From assembly GCA_965263295.1 (NCBI GenBank), contig OZ253665.1, positions 736,001-800,000 on the forward strand: 64,000 nt of DNA, given 5' to 3'. Source of the DNA: Spirochaetia bacterium. Its GTDB lineage: Bacteria; Spirochaetota; Spirochaetia; SP-2023. The notes beneath the pieces are model-generated. The model did no database searches. It was not told the DNA's origin and saw only the letters and a list, made by a program, of their open reading frames with translations. Made by a program: the position numbers and the translations under genes. The stretch's first letter is position 1. Each line of letters starts with the position of its first letter. Shown here in pieces: positions 28,348 through 39,345 of this stretch.

Positions 28348-29250
28348 ATGAGCAACCCAGCTATTTGTATGGACCTATTGCAATTTTTAGATCACAAGCT
28401 ACAGGGCGTAAAGTATGCTATTTGGCCTTTGTCGTCAGCAGTTAATCTTGTTGAGGAAGTTTTCCCGCATAATCAGCGCCAAAATATTGGGGTCGAATGT
28501 TGTAGCGTTGCAGCAGATCCGCCAGAAGCGGTGGGCGAGGCGTTAAAGGAACAAGGTATTACGCTGCTCTCCTTACAACAGGTTCATGGTTCTGGCTATG
28601 TAGTTTTGAATGATGATACAAGTACAGCAATAAATATGCCTGAGGCAGATGCTTGGCTGTGGACAGAATTTCCTGCGCAACCTCTTGCCTGTGCGATCTA
28701 TACCGCTGATTGTGTCCCTGCAGTGTTGCATATGTACGACCAGGATGGCCGGATTCTCGGTGGGGCTTTAATGCATTTGGGGCGCCGAGGAATTGAACAG
28801 GGGCTTTTGCGACAGTGTTTTACGGCTTTGTTGCGACAATTGACTCTGCGGCAAAAACTATGTCCAAAACGATGTTTTGTAGCCAGATTGGCCACAGGCC
28901 CTGCGATTGGATCTTGTTGCTATGAAGTTCCGCAGCAAATGGCGCTAGATTTCTGCAGAGTTGCCAAAGTTTCTAGAGCCTGTTGTCATCAGCATCCACT
29001 TATGCTCAAGCATCAGAGCCATGTCATGCTAGATTTAAAGGGAGCCATATTTGAACAGGCTTGCCAGTTTGGTTTGAAGGCGAAAGATATTTATATAGAA
29101 AAGCTCTGTACCAGTTGTGCCGCTCAGGACTACTTGAGGGGCCACAGCCAGCAAATTTGTTATTCTTACCGGCAAGGTCATAAGAGTGAGCGCATTTACA
29201 CGATTGCTTTCTTCGGTTTTCCAGCGCAGCTTGAGGCCAAGAGACTGTGA
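28348..29250 (+). CDS. pgeF: Purine nucleoside phosphorylase / peptidoglycan editing factor (YfiH/PgeF family)
   Basis: QVHGS, TADCVP, H.G.RG, GPAIG.CCYEV, SYR motifs. Confidence 0.85.
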   Translation: MSNPAICMDLLQFLDHKLQGVKYAIWPLSSAVNLVEEVFPHNQRQNIGVECCSVAADPPEAVGEALKEQGITLLSLQQVHGSGYVVLNDDTSTAINMPEADAWLWTEFPAQPLACAIYTADCVPAVLHMYDQDGRILGGALMHLGRRGIEQGLLRQCFTALLRQLTLRQKLCPKRCFVARLATGPAIGSCCYEVPQQMALDFCRVAKVSRACCHQHPLMLKHQSHVMLDLKGAIFEQACQFGLKAKDIYIEKLCTSCAAQDYLRGHSQQICYSYRQGHKSERIYTIAFFGFPAQLEAKRL

Positions 29251-30224
29251 GCGTAAGGTATCGTGAATTATTGCATCGGGCGAATATTGAGCTGCAAGCA
29301 GTAACAGCAGGGGACGGTTTGCAAAATGGTTATCAAAAATTACTACTATTATTGGCCTTTTGCCAGCAGGAAGCCGTCTGCGGAGTTATAGAAGCTAAGA
29401 CTACAGCTGCTTTTGCCGAGCGCTTGCGGCGCTATAATAACCTGAATGCGCAAGCGGCAAAACTTCTGGCATCCATGGAAGAAACAGTACCGATAGCGGT
29501 AGAGCAAATTTTTGCGCAATACCTTGGGCGTTTAAAGAAGGGAGAGCCTTTAGCATATATCCTGGGAATGGAATGTTTTGCTCGACATGTTTTTGCTGTG
29601 GGCGCCGGAGTATTAATTCCTCGAGAAGATAGCGAGATATTGCTGCAACAGAGTCTAGATTACTGTTACAAGGCTGGGCATCGCAGCCTTTCTGTGTTGG
29701 AACTGTGTTGTGGTACGGCTTGTATCAGTCTGAGTTTGCTTTTAGAGCTGCAAGCACAGTTACAGGTTTTGCCGTTCTCTATCGGCTTCTGGGCTAGTGA
29801 TATTTCTCCGAAAGCTCTGATCTATGCCCACATGAATCGGGATTATTATGTGTTGAATACTATCAAAAACCGCTTTGTTGTGTGTCGCAGTGATTTGTTT
29901 GAAAATAAGGATTTACAACGACGCTATGATTTGATCCTGGCTAACCCTCCGTACTTGAGTGAAGCGGAGTGTCAACGCCGCCGGCACTGGCATGAACCGA
30001 TGGTGGCTTTGGAGGCCGGACCAGATGGCCTGGCCTTGCTATGTCGCATTATCGCTGAGTCCCTCGAATTTTTGCAGCCCGGAGGAGCCTTGATCTTAGA
30101 AGCAGCTCCCTGGCAGATGTCAGAGTTGATGCGACTTTTAGAATTTTTTGGCTATGAACAAATTTCATTGCACAATGACTGTGGGGGTTACCAACGCGTT
30201 ATTCGTGCTATATACTGGCCATAA
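29247..30224 (+). CDS. prmC: Release factor glutamine methyltransferase
   Basis: GEPLAYILG, VLIPR.DSE, ELCCGT, NPPY, EP..AL..G.DGL. Confidence 0.9.
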   Translation: MSVRYRELLHRANIELQAVTAGDGLQNGYQKLLLLLAFCQQEAVCGVIEAKTTAAFAERLRRYNNLNAQAAKLLASMEETVPIAVEQIFAQYLGRLKKGEPLAYILGMECFARHVFAVGAGVLIPREDSEILLQQSLDYCYKAGHRSLSVLELCCGTACISLSLLLELQAQLQVLPFSIGFWASDISPKALIYAHMNRDYYVLNTIKNRFVVCRSDLFENKDLQRRYDLILANPPYLSEAECQRRRHWHEPMVALEAGPDGLALLCRIIAESLEFLQPGGALILEAAPWQMSELMRLLEFFGYEQISLHNDCGGYQRVIRAIYWP

Positions 30225-30498
30225 GCCTTGTATAAAAATATACTTTTGCATCCTGTGTCTCAAATTTATTTGATCAATTAACATTTGGCAAAGATTATAT
30301 AATTTATGTAAATAAATTTTCTTAATAAATTATTAAGGTTTAAATAGAATTAAGGATTAGATTATATCTACTGTATTTTAACAGAAACTTTTTTATTGCT
30401 AATATTTCACTTTGCATATCTTTCTAATTTAGTTACAATAAATACCCAGTTTAAAATATTAAAACATAATCTGAATCAAGGAAAAGTTGTAAAGATTT

Positions 30499-31752
30499 AT
30501 GGGACTATCAGCGGCGGAATGGATCCAACTAAAACTAAAAGAGCACACAAGGTGGCTACAGTCAAGCAGCAAAGGCAAATGTGCAAATTTTTGTCAAATA
30601 AACTTGCGCGAACAGAGTTTAGGTTATGCCAACTGGAGTCAGGCGATTTTTGCTTCCGTTAACCTGGAAAGGGCAGATTTTAAGGAAGCAATCTTGATTA
30701 ATTGTGATTTTAGTGGTGCTAATTTATCCAAGGCTGGGTTAATGAAGGTCGACTTACGCGATGCCAATTTGCGTAAGGCTAAGCTGGAAGGTGCTGATTT
30801 ACGATTTGCAAATTTGAGTAATGCGGACTTGTATGCCGCTGATCTGCGAGGTGCTAATTTATATGGTGCTAATTTGCACGGTGTCAATTTGCAGTTGTCT
30901 TACCTGCGCGGCTGCAATTTGCAGCAAGCAGATTTAAGCCTGGCCAATTTACAGGAAAGTCGCCTGCTGGGAGTCATTCTCTTGGGCGCTAATCTGCGTG
31001 AAGCGCAACTGCAGGATGTAATCTGGAGCGGTCACATACCAGGAAAAGATAAAGAAGACGGAAAGATGCTCGTTGCTAAGCTAAATAGTGGCAATTTGCA
31101 AGGAGTTAAACTGCAGGGTGCGAGATTGGAGTTTGCCGACCTTAGCAATGCTGTTCTGATCCAGGCCCAGCTGCAGAATACTAAATTGTGTGGTGCTGAT
31201 ATGCGGCGAGCCAATTTGCGGGGCGCGAAACTGCGTGATGCTGACCTCTCTGGAGTCCTTATGGACCACGCTAAATTACAAAGGGCTATTCTCTCTGGAG
31301 CCAAATTGGAAAATACTAGTATGAAAGCTACCAATTTTGAAGGGGCCATTTGGAAAAAAGCTAATCTCAAAGGGGCTAACCTTGAAGATGCGAATTTTAC
31401 TGGAGCAGACCTGCAGGGAGCCAACTTTGAAGGGGCTAATCTCAGACGGGTATCTTTTAAAGAGGCGTATATACCTCAGGCTGATTTCAGTTCCGCCAAT
31501 TTAGCCGGCGCAGATTTCGACAAGGCTTACTGCAAAGACAGTCTATTTATCAAAAATAACTTACGCAAGGCAAACTTTGAGAACTGTAATTTGGAAAACT
31601 GTGATTTCAGTCGCGCGGATATCTCTGATGCCAGTTTTCTTCGGGCCAACTTAAAAAATGCTGGGCTGGCCGGCACATTGGTCTCAAAAGCCAATTTTCG
31701 TCTTGCCATCGTCGAAGGCACTACTTTAGAGTCCCAAAATGACGAAAAATAA
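30499..31752 (+). CDS. Pentapeptide-repeat protein
   Basis: Nearly continuous A(D/N)L/Fxx repeats over ~400 aa; N-terminal H..WL...G..A motif. Confidence 0.93.
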   Translation: MGLSAAEWIQLKLKEHTRWLQSSSKGKCANFCQINLREQSLGYANWSQAIFASVNLERADFKEAILINCDFSGANLSKAGLMKVDLRDANLRKAKLEGADLRFANLSNADLYAADLRGANLYGANLHGVNLQLSYLRGCNLQQADLSLANLQESRLLGVILLGANLREAQLQDVIWSGHIPGKDKEDGKMLVAKLNSGNLQGVKLQGARLEFADLSNAVLIQAQLQNTKLCGADMRRANLRGAKLRDADLSGVLMDHAKLQRAILSGAKLENTSMKATNFEGAIWKKANLKGANLEDANFTGADLQGANFEGANLRRVSFKEAYIPQADFSSANLAGADFDKAYCKDSLFIKNNLRKANFENCNLENCDFSRADISDASFLRANLKNAGLAGTLVSKANFRLAIVEGTTLESQNDEK

Positions 31753-32085
31753 TAAAATCTACGGAACCAATTTCATTAATTTTATCAATTTGCAATTTAG
31801 CAGGCCATGCTGGAATTCAGGACGGCTTGTAAAGTAGTGGTGACAGCGGAAGCAAAGTCGGGCTAAAATTCGGTGCAAGTTCATGGTAATTTGCCTCTGA
31901 AAAACGCCTGATCACAGGATGGCGCTGCCTGTGTCCCAACTGCTAACCGAGACATAAATGATCTTCATTCCTTGGGCTTGTCGCGCAAAGCTCTAGTAGA
32001 TAGACTTAAATAGGCTCTTTGGATGAAGGGACGCTTCCTGTTTGATTGAGTACAAGTAATCCATCCTGCGGTAAAGGTTGAATAT

Positions 32086-33465
32086 ATGGCGAAAAAGAAG
32101 GCTAGTAATGACCGTAAAGATGCTAACCAGCAAGGCGCAAGTATGGACAAAATTGTCGCATTGTGTAAACGACGCGGTTTTGTTTATCCGTCTAGTGAAA
32201 TCTATGGCGGCCTGAGTGCGACTTGGGACTATGGCCCTTTGGGGATTGAGCTGAAGCGCAACATCCAGAACCTATGGTGGCAAGAAATGACGCGCCGTCA
32301 CAATGACATTGTCGGTCTTGATGCTGCCATTCTGATGCATCCGCGTACTTGGCACGCCTCAGGTCACGTCGATAATTTTAGCGACCCATTGATTGACTGC
32401 AAGGTGTGCAAGGCGCGCTACCGTGCCGACCACCTGGAACCAGAAGTTGTGGCTGCGCGCAAATGCCCTGCTTGTGGTGGGGAGATGACTGAGCCGCGCA
32501 ATTTTAACTTAATGTTTGCGACGACCTTGGGGGCGATGGAAAGTTCGGGTATGCAGTTGTATCTGCGTCCCGAAACAGCCCAGGGTATTTTTGTCAATTT
32601 TAAAAATGTTGTGGATACCAGTCGTGTTGCCATTCCCTTTGGTATAGCCCAGGTTGGTAAAGCTTTCCGTAACGAAATTACCACGCGCAATTTTATTTTC
32701 CGCACCTGCGAGTTTGAACAAATGGAAATGCAATATTTTGTCAAGCCCGGAACAGAAGATCACAATTTTGACTACTGGAAGCAAGAGCGTTTGCGTTGGT
32801 ATGTCGAGAGGCTGGGTATTGCTCGTGAAAACCTGCGTTTTGAACCTCACGGTCCGGATGAGCTGGCTCATTACGCCAAAATTGCTTGCGATATTCAGTA
32901 CCAGTATCCACATGGTTGGGAAGAAATGGAAGGGATTCACTCGCGCACTGATTATGACCTGGCCCGTCACGGCGAGTTCTGCGGTAAAGAAATTCTTTAC
33001 CTTGACCCGCAGAATCAAGAACGCTATGTCCCATATGTTATTGAAACTTCTTGTGGCCTGACTCGCGCGGTGTTGGTAACATTGCTTGACGCCTACCGCG
33101 AAGAGAAGCTGGAAGGTGGCGCTGAAGTGCGCACAATATTGCGTTTCCATCCTGATGTGGCGCCTTATCGCGTCGCCGTGCTGCCACTGATGAAAAAAGA
33201 TGCTTTACCTGAAATAGCCGAAAAGTTAAAACGAGAATTGGCAGAGGAGTATAATGTATTTTATGATCAGCAGGGGTCTATCGGCAAGCGTTATCGCCGC
33301 ATGGATGAAATCGGCACCCCATTCTGTGTCACTGTCGACCCGAAAACCAAAGAAGACAACTGTGTCACCCTGCGTTTTCGTGACAGCATGGAACAACGTC
33401 GTATTGCACTGGCCGATGTAGCCACTACAATACGCAAGGAGAGCAGAGCATATCGAGTGCCATGA
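32086..33465 (+). CDS. glyQS: Glycine--tRNA ligase, alpha2 type
   Basis: KRRGF..P..EIYGG, SGH..NF.DP, YLRPETAQG, FRNEI, SIGKRYRR.DEIGTP. Confidence 0.96.
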   Translation: MAKKKASNDRKDANQQGASMDKIVALCKRRGFVYPSSEIYGGLSATWDYGPLGIELKRNIQNLWWQEMTRRHNDIVGLDAAILMHPRTWHASGHVDNFSDPLIDCKVCKARYRADHLEPEVVAARKCPACGGEMTEPRNFNLMFATTLGAMESSGMQLYLRPETAQGIFVNFKNVVDTSRVAIPFGIAQVGKAFRNEITTRNFIFRTCEFEQMEMQYFVKPGTEDHNFDYWKQERLRWYVERLGIARENLRFEPHGPDELAHYAKIACDIQYQYPHGWEEMEGIHSRTDYDLARHGEFCGKEILYLDPQNQERYVPYVIETSCGLTRAVLVTLLDAYREEKLEGGAEVRTILRFHPDVAPYRVAVLPLMKKDALPEIAEKLKRELAEEYNVFYDQQGSIGKRYRRMDEIGTPFCVTVDPKTKEDNCVTLRFRDSMEQRRIALADVATTIRKESRAYRVP

Positions 33466-33701
33466 TCTGGAGAAGATGTGGCCTTTGTTCTAAATGATGT
33501 ATTCAAGACGCTTTTTGCAGGATGCTCATATTTTTTATACGGGTATAAAATCGTCCCTTTTAATGGCTGGCTCATGCCAAAAAGCACATTTCATTGGCTT
33601 TCTGATGAAGCTTCATAGCCATTTCTTTCTCGTTATCCCCAGCTGAAATGGTTACGACAGGTTTTAAAATAACTGAAGTAAAATTGACCGCTTCATTTAT
33701 T

Positions 33702-34544
33702 CTATGGGCCTGACCAACTGTCTAACGCGGCATGTTTTTCTCTGCGGCGCTGGGATTCTGACTTAGTCCAGTCGTCCTCAAACGCGGCTGCTTCCCAAGA
33801 ACCATAAGCTGGATTGGGCAACATAAACCAGCACTTTCCCCAGTATTCTTCGTATTTGTTCATAGTCTGCAATCGGGCTTCAATACCGCCGTGGATATCA
33901 TCAATGAAGTCGCCAAAGTTGTCGCCGAACAACATAATAATGCGGTATTTTTCTGCCAGAAAAGCGCGGCGAGTCCCCTTGGCCGAGCTCCAATCCGGCT
34001 GTTCTGCCTTTAACAACACGTGCTCGGGGTCGGCCATGGGAAAGCCAAATTTCCGCAGGTTTTCAATGGTTGCCGTTTCTCCGTGAGCTTTGCGGTTGGA
34101 TACATAGAATATCTCTATTCCCTTTTGCGCCGCTGCTTGAGTAAATTGTAGCGCCCCAGGAATGGGCACAGAAGACGCGGAGTCGACGAAGTTCTGCCAG
34201 GTCTCGGAAGCGTAAGCTTGGCCGGTCTCAATGCACCAAGCCTGATACGACATATTATCCAGCACTGTTTCATCAATATCGAGGATGATTGCAGGCTTTT
34301 TAGTCTGGTAATCTTTGCCCTGTTCTATGACAGCGGTCCAATTAGAATCGCGGACAGCTGAGTCAAGCCAGTTTTGGGCGCTGGTATAGAGCGAGAGGTT
34401 GGCGGCCTTGCGCTCTACGGCAGTCTGTTGCCAGAGCACGGCGTTCAAACCATCATCCTGCGCAGTGTCTGCGGGCACATGGCCTCGGGCACTGAGGGAA
34501 AGCGGATACAGTAAAAATACCCAAAAAAGAAAAAACTTATTCAT
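33702..34544 (-). CDS. Class C acid phosphatase / 5'-nucleotidase e(P4) family (HAD)
   Basis: DIDETVLDN, YVSNR, K..RR, GDN.GDF, LPNP.YG.WE; signal peptide without lipobox Cys. Confidence 0.9.
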   Translation of the reverse strand: MNKFFLFWVFLLYPLSLSARGHVPADTAQDDGLNAVLWQQTAVERKAANLSLYTSAQNWLDSAVRDSNWTAVIEQGKDYQTKKPAIILDIDETVLDNMSYQAWCIETGQAYASETWQNFVDSASSVPIPGALQFTQAAAQKGIEIFYVSNRKAHGETATIENLRKFGFPMADPEHVLLKAEQPDWSSAKGTRRAFLAEKYRIIMLFGDNFGDFIDDIHGGIEARLQTMNKYEEYWGKCWFMLPNPAYGSWEAAAFEDDWTKSESQRRREKHAALDSWSGP

Positions 34545-34721
34545 TATTAAATTCCTTTATTAATAAAATCTCTATCATAAAATATGATAATGATTGAATA
34601 TATCGTTACGCTGTTCAAAGAGTCAACAGGAATACAGATATATTTTCACAAAAATCCTGACGAACTTGATTTATGATATAAATTTATGAGATAATATAAT
34701 TTATATTCTTTAAAAAGGAAA

Positions 34722-35957
34722 TTGACCGTGAAAAATCTAGTAAAAGCTTGGAACAGACTGAGCATCGTCCAAAGAATTATTATAGGCTTGATTGTCGGCC
34801 TCATTTTGTACTTTATCTTTCCGCAAGAATTAACTTTCATTAGTATTTTCGGCCAGTTCTTCGTTCTCGCCTTGAGGGCTGTCGCACCGGTATTGGTCTT
34901 TATCATTGTGGCCTCTGCTGTGGCGAATCACCAGAGTGGAAAGAGGAGTAACCTGGGGAGAATTATCATCTTGTATCTGATTGGAACTTTTTTTGCAAGC
35001 TTGATTGCCGTTATTATGAGTTTTATATTCCCGGTGAGTATCAGCCTGGTATCGAATGATTCCGATCTCAGTGCAGCAGGCAGTATCCATGAAGTACTGA
35101 AAAATCTGGTACTCAGCATTTTTAAAAATCCTGTTGACGCTCTTTTGAATGTAAATTTCATCGGGATTCTGGTCTGGGGCATATTCCTGGGGCTGGGGCT
35201 GCGAAAAAGTGCCTCTTCAAGTAAAAATTTTCTTGCGGACTTGGCGGAAGCTCTGTCTTTTATCATAAAAATTGTAATGCAAATCGCTCCTCTGGGTGTC
35301 ATGGGTCTGATTTACCAGGCTTTGACAGAAAATGGTCTTGCGGCTCTTGCTGATTATGGTCAGCTGCTATGTGTTTTAGTAGCTTGTTATCTGATCATTA
35401 CCCTGGTATTGAATCCGCTGATTGTCTGGTTTAATATTCGGCAGAATCCCTATCCTTTGGTATTTCGCTGCTTGCGCGAGAGCGGTATAACAGCATTTTT
35501 TATGCGCAGCTCCGCAGCGAATATTCCCGTAAATATGATGCTCTGCCAAAATATGGGGCTTGCAAAAGAGACCTACTCCGTCTCAATACCGCTGGGAGCG
35601 ACAATCAATATGGCCGGTGCCGCTGTGACGATACCGGTATTAGCTCTTGCTGCAGTCCACACCCTGGGCATTCATGTCGACATATTTACTGCCTTGCTTC
35701 TGGCTTTTGTTTCGGCACTCGCTGCTTGCGGGGCTTCGGGGGTTCCGGGCGGTTCCCTTTTGTTGATCCCTTTAGCCACCAGTCTATTTGGTATTCCCAA
35801 CGATGTGGGCATGCAAGTTGTCGGCGTCGGTTTTATCATTAGTTTTCTTGAAGATTCACTGGAGACAGCTCTCAACTCACATAGTGATGCTTTATTTACA
35901 ATCAGTGCTGAATTTAATGTATGGAAAAAGCAAGGCAAGAGCCTCCCTCCCGTATGA
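34722..35957 (+). CDS. sstT: Serine/threonine:Na+ symporter
   Basis: AL.AVAP.LVF, RSSAANIPVN, SIPLGATINMAGAA, ACGASGV.GGSLLLIP, ETALNS; start may be GTG 34728. Confidence 0.93.
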   Translation: MTVKNLVKAWNRLSIVQRIIIGLIVGLILYFIFPQELTFISIFGQFFVLALRAVAPVLVFIIVASAVANHQSGKRSNLGRIIILYLIGTFFASLIAVIMSFIFPVSISLVSNDSDLSAAGSIHEVLKNLVLSIFKNPVDALLNVNFIGILVWGIFLGLGLRKSASSSKNFLADLAEALSFIIKIVMQIAPLGVMGLIYQALTENGLAALADYGQLLCVLVACYLIITLVLNPLIVWFNIRQNPYPLVFRCLRESGITAFFMRSSAANIPVNMMLCQNMGLAKETYSVSIPLGATINMAGAAVTIPVLALAAVHTLGIHVDIFTALLLAFVSALAACGASGVPGGSLLLIPLATSLFGIPNDVGMQVVGVGFIISFLEDSLETALNSHSDALFTISAEFNVWKKQGKSLPPV

Positions 35958-36086
35958 ATTGTTGGGGAAAGAAGTCACCGCATACCCGCCTTGTGCCTTG
36001 GGTGCCTTGCCTAGCGGCCTAGCGCCACAGCAGAGGCACCACTGGGGCGCGCGGGGCTTAGGAACTTGATGGAGCAAAAAAGTATA

Positions 36087-37613
36087 TTAGTTGTTTCTGG
36101 AGTCTTTATCGCGCATCGCGGCCCAAGTTTGCGTACATTGTACCGCCCGCTTCCAACCCTTGTAGTTCCGCTCGCGTTCCTCCACATCCAAATTGGGTGC
36201 AAAAGTTCTATCCATTACCGCTTTACCTGCCAACTCATCGAAACTGCTCCAAAAAGCAACTGCTAGGCCCGCTAAATAAGCTGATCCTAGAGCTGTCACT
36301 TCAGTTACTTCGGGACGAAGGACTGTGGCAGCGAGTACATCTGCTTGAAACTGCATCAAAAAGTTATTTGAAACGGCACCACCGTCAACGCGCAGGGCAG
36401 AAAGTTTAATGCCGGAATCCGCCTGCATGGCATCAAGCACGTCGCGCGTCTGGTAGGCAATACTCTCAAGTGTCGCGCGAATGATATGGGCGGAGTTGAC
36501 CCCCCGAGTCAAGCCTACGATGGTTCCCCGGGCGTAGGCATCCCAATATGGTGCACCGAGTCCCGTAAACGCCGGCACCACATACACGCCATTGGAGTTA
36601 TCGACTTTTGTGGCAAAATACTCTGAATCCTTGGCATCATTCAGCAGATTCATCTCATCGCGCAGCCATTGAATGGCTGCACCTGCCATGAAAACGGCAC
36701 CTTCCAGCGCGTAGGCCGGATGACCCGAAGCATCACAGGCAATAGTAGTCAGAAGTCCATTTTGTGAAAGGACTTTCTCTTTGCCGGTATTCATGAGCAA
36801 GAAACAACCTGTACCATAGGTATTTTTTGCCTGGCCAGCTTCTACGCACATCTGTCCATACAAAGCGGCCTGTTGATCGCCGGCAATGCCGGCAATTGGG
36901 ATGCGGGTGCCCGTTTTACCACCGATATCGGTATAACCATAAACTTCAGAAGATTTTTTTACCTCCGGCATCATACTCAATGGGATTGAGAGTTCTTTCA
37001 GCAGGGTTTCATCCCACTGCATACGGTCGATATTAAACAGCATCGTCCGGGAGGCATTGCTGTAGTCCGTTACGTGGACCGTGTTTTGTGTCATTTTCCA
37101 AACTAACCAGGTATCGACGTTGCCAAATAATAGCTTGCCGGCCTCGGCATCTCTGCGTGCGCCGCTCACGTTGTCTAAAATCCATTTGATTTTGGTACCC
37201 GAAAAATAAGGATCCAGTACCAGGCCAGTGTTCTGGCGTATATAATTCTCCAAACCGCGCTGTTTGAGTTCTTCACAGATTGGCGCAGTGCGGCGGCACT
37301 GCCAGACAATCGCATTGTAGACGGGCTTGCCGGTGTCCTTGTTCCAGACAATCGTTGTTTCGCGCTGATTGGTAATGCCGATGGCGGCGATCTGGTCACT
37401 GGTAATCCCAGATTTTCCCAAGGTCTCAATTAATGTCGCGCTCTGCGTGGCGTAAATCTCTAGCGGATCGTGCTCCACCCAGCCAGCCTGCGGGTAAATT
37501 TGAGTAAATTCACGCTGTGAATGGCTGATAATATTGGCGTCGCGGTCCAAAACAACGGCGCGTGAACTTGTCGTGCCCTGATCCAAGGCCACAATATATT
37601 TTTGTTGCGTCAT
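36087..37613 (-). CDS. glpK: Glycerol kinase
   Basis: [41 protein letters not shown]. Confidence 0.97.
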   Translation of the reverse strand: MTQQKYIVALDQGTTSSRAVVLDRDANIISHSQREFTQIYPQAGWVEHDPLEIYATQSATLIETLGKSGITSDQIAAIGITNQRETTIVWNKDTGKPVYNAIVWQCRRTAPICEELKQRGLENYIRQNTGLVLDPYFSGTKIKWILDNVSGARRDAEAGKLLFGNVDTWLVWKMTQNTVHVTDYSNASRTMLFNIDRMQWDETLLKELSIPLSMMPEVKKSSEVYGYTDIGGKTGTRIPIAGIAGDQQAALYGQMCVEAGQAKNTYGTGCFLLMNTGKEKVLSQNGLLTTIACDASGHPAYALEGAVFMAGAAIQWLRDEMNLLNDAKDSEYFATKVDNSNGVYVVPAFTGLGAPYWDAYARGTIVGLTRGVNSAHIIRATLESIAYQTRDVLDAMQADSGIKLSALRVDGGAVSNNFLMQFQADVLAATVLRPEVTEVTALGSAYLAGLAVAFWSSFDELAGKAVMDRTFAPNLDVEERERNYKGWKRAVQCTQTWAAMRDKDSRNN

Positions 37614-37858
37614 AATATTCTCCTTTCTAAGTTTAATTCCAAAGAGATTTTGCAGTTTATTCTTTTATTCTTTAGTTTACAAGTAAGGGCATTTTCCGGC
37701 AGCTGCGAGATAGACGAGCAGCCAAAACAAAAAGCCACCGTTTTTGCAATTAGTTCTGATGTGGGCAAGCCCCCGGCAAACATACCTTGAATGGCCATGA
37801 CACAAGTTCAATTTGATGACAAGTTTACTGCACGTTCAATTGGCAAGTTCGTTCATTT

Positions 37859-38617
37859 TCAGCTCAGCGCCATATAAACGGCTGCGGCAATGACTCCTCC
37901 CAGGATAGGCCCCAAAACGGGAACCCATGCGTAGCCCCAATCAGATCCCAACGCCGGGGGAGATTGGGCTGTTGCTTTACGGAAAAGCACGGCGTGTATA
38001 ATCCGCGGCCCCAGGTCGCGGGCAGGATTGATGGCATAGCCGGTGGGCCCGCCCAAAGAAAGTCCGATGGCCCAGACGATAATCGCCACCGGTAGTGCGC
38101 CGATGGAACCCAGACCGATCTTCGCACTGGCATTTGCTCCGTTTTCGATTGTGGGCCCCGAAAGGTAAAAAACGGCAAACATCAGCACAAAAGTCCCGAT
38201 AATTTCACTCAGCAAGTTCGACAAAGGCTTGCGAATGGCCGGAATGGTAGAAAAACAGGCCAGTTTTAAGGTCTCGTTCTCCGTCGCGGAGAAGTGGTCT
38301 TTGTACGCGAGCCACACGAAAAATCCACCTAGCATGGCGCCGACCATCTGACCGGCAAGGTAAGTAGGCACAAGCTGCCAAGCCGTTTTTTGCGCAATGG
38401 CCAGCCCGATGGTAACGGCGGGATTTATGTGTGACCCGCTATAGGGCCCGGCAACCATTACGCCGACAAATACCGCAAAGGCCCAGCCTGAAGTAATGAC
38501 CATCCAACCAGAGCCATTCCCCTTGCTCTTTTCAAGGACAACGCATGCCACGACACCATTGCCCAGCAACACCAGCAGCAATGTGCCGATAAGTTCTGCA
38601 ACAAAAATTGATTCCAT
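37859..38617 (-). CDS. glpF: Glycerol uptake facilitator (aquaglyceroporin)
   Basis: SGSHINPAVT and GYAINPARDLGPR NPA motifs. Confidence 0.93.
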   Translation of the reverse strand: MESIFVAELIGTLLLVLLGNGVVACVVLEKSKGNGSGWMVITSGWAFAVFVGVMVAGPYSGSHINPAVTIGLAIAQKTAWQLVPTYLAGQMVGAMLGGFFVWLAYKDHFSATENETLKLACFSTIPAIRKPLSNLLSEIIGTFVLMFAVFYLSGPTIENGANASAKIGLGSIGALPVAIIVWAIGLSLGGPTGYAINPARDLGPRIIHAVLFRKATAQSPPALGSDWGYAWVPVLGPILGGVIAAAVYMALS

Positions 38618-38689
38618 AAATCAACTCCGATTTTATAAAATTAGTTCTTTTAAATAAGATTTTTATCATTTTTGTACATGAGTCAGCAA

Positions 38690-39310
38690 CTAGAATCTGT
38701 TTACGATTTCCTGAAACATGAGCCCTACCGCCATAGCTCCCGCGTCTGGATGTCCAATGCTTCTCTCTTTGACATAGCTGGCCCTTCCTTTAGTCGCTAT
38801 GATTTCGCCGGTTTTTTCCGCGCCCTTTACGGCGGCCTCCGCGCCCCTGGCGAGGGCCGTGGGCAAGCCACTGGCCGCATTTGCCTTGACGGCCTCTGCC
38901 GCGGGAATCAGAGCATCCAGCAGGGTCTTGTCGCCGGCTTTGGCCCCCCCGACTTTCTGTATTCCGAGCACCGCCTGGAAGAGCAGCTCGGCGATATCTG
39001 TGGCATCCAGCTCATCTTTGCTCTGGGCATACTTTCCCATGCTCCTAAATGCTGTGCCCCAGATTGGCCCCGAAGCCCCGCCGCAATATTCGGTTATAAT
39101 CATGGCGCAACTTTTTAAGAAAGCCCCTATGTCTTCCCTGGAAAGTTGCAGCCATTGGGCCTTGATCTGCTTGAATCCCTTGGCCAGGGATGCGCCAAAG
39201 TCTCCATCTCCGGCGGCTCCATCAAGCTCGCAGAAATACATCTCGTTTTCTATTGCGACATTGGCCATGAGCTCTACTGCTTTTATAACTTCCGTTATCT
39301 TTGCCTTCAT
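38690..39310 (-). CDS. dhaL: Dihydroxyacetone kinase subunit L
   Basis: LD...GDGDFG, GGASGP, GDKTLLDAL, GRASY, DAGA. Confidence 0.93.
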   Translation of the reverse strand: MKAKITEVIKAVELMANVAIENEMYFCELDGAAGDGDFGASLAKGFKQIKAQWLQLSREDIGAFLKSCAMIITEYCGGASGPIWGTAFRSMGKYAQSKDELDATDIAELLFQAVLGIQKVGGAKAGDKTLLDALIPAAEAVKANAASGLPTALARGAEAAVKGAEKTGEIIATKGRASYVKERSIGHPDAGAMAVGLMFQEIVNRF

Positions 39311-39345
39311 TTCTTCTCTTTCCTAAATACTTTATATCCGGCACC

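Noticed and set aside
30499..31752. qnr quinolone-resistance gene
   Set aside because: About twice Qnr length and no Qnr-specific features recognised; only the generic repeat is supported
31753..32085. T-box or glycine riboswitch upstream of glyQS
   Set aside because: No T-box consensus or glycine aptamer motifs recognised by eye; an Rfam scan would be decisive
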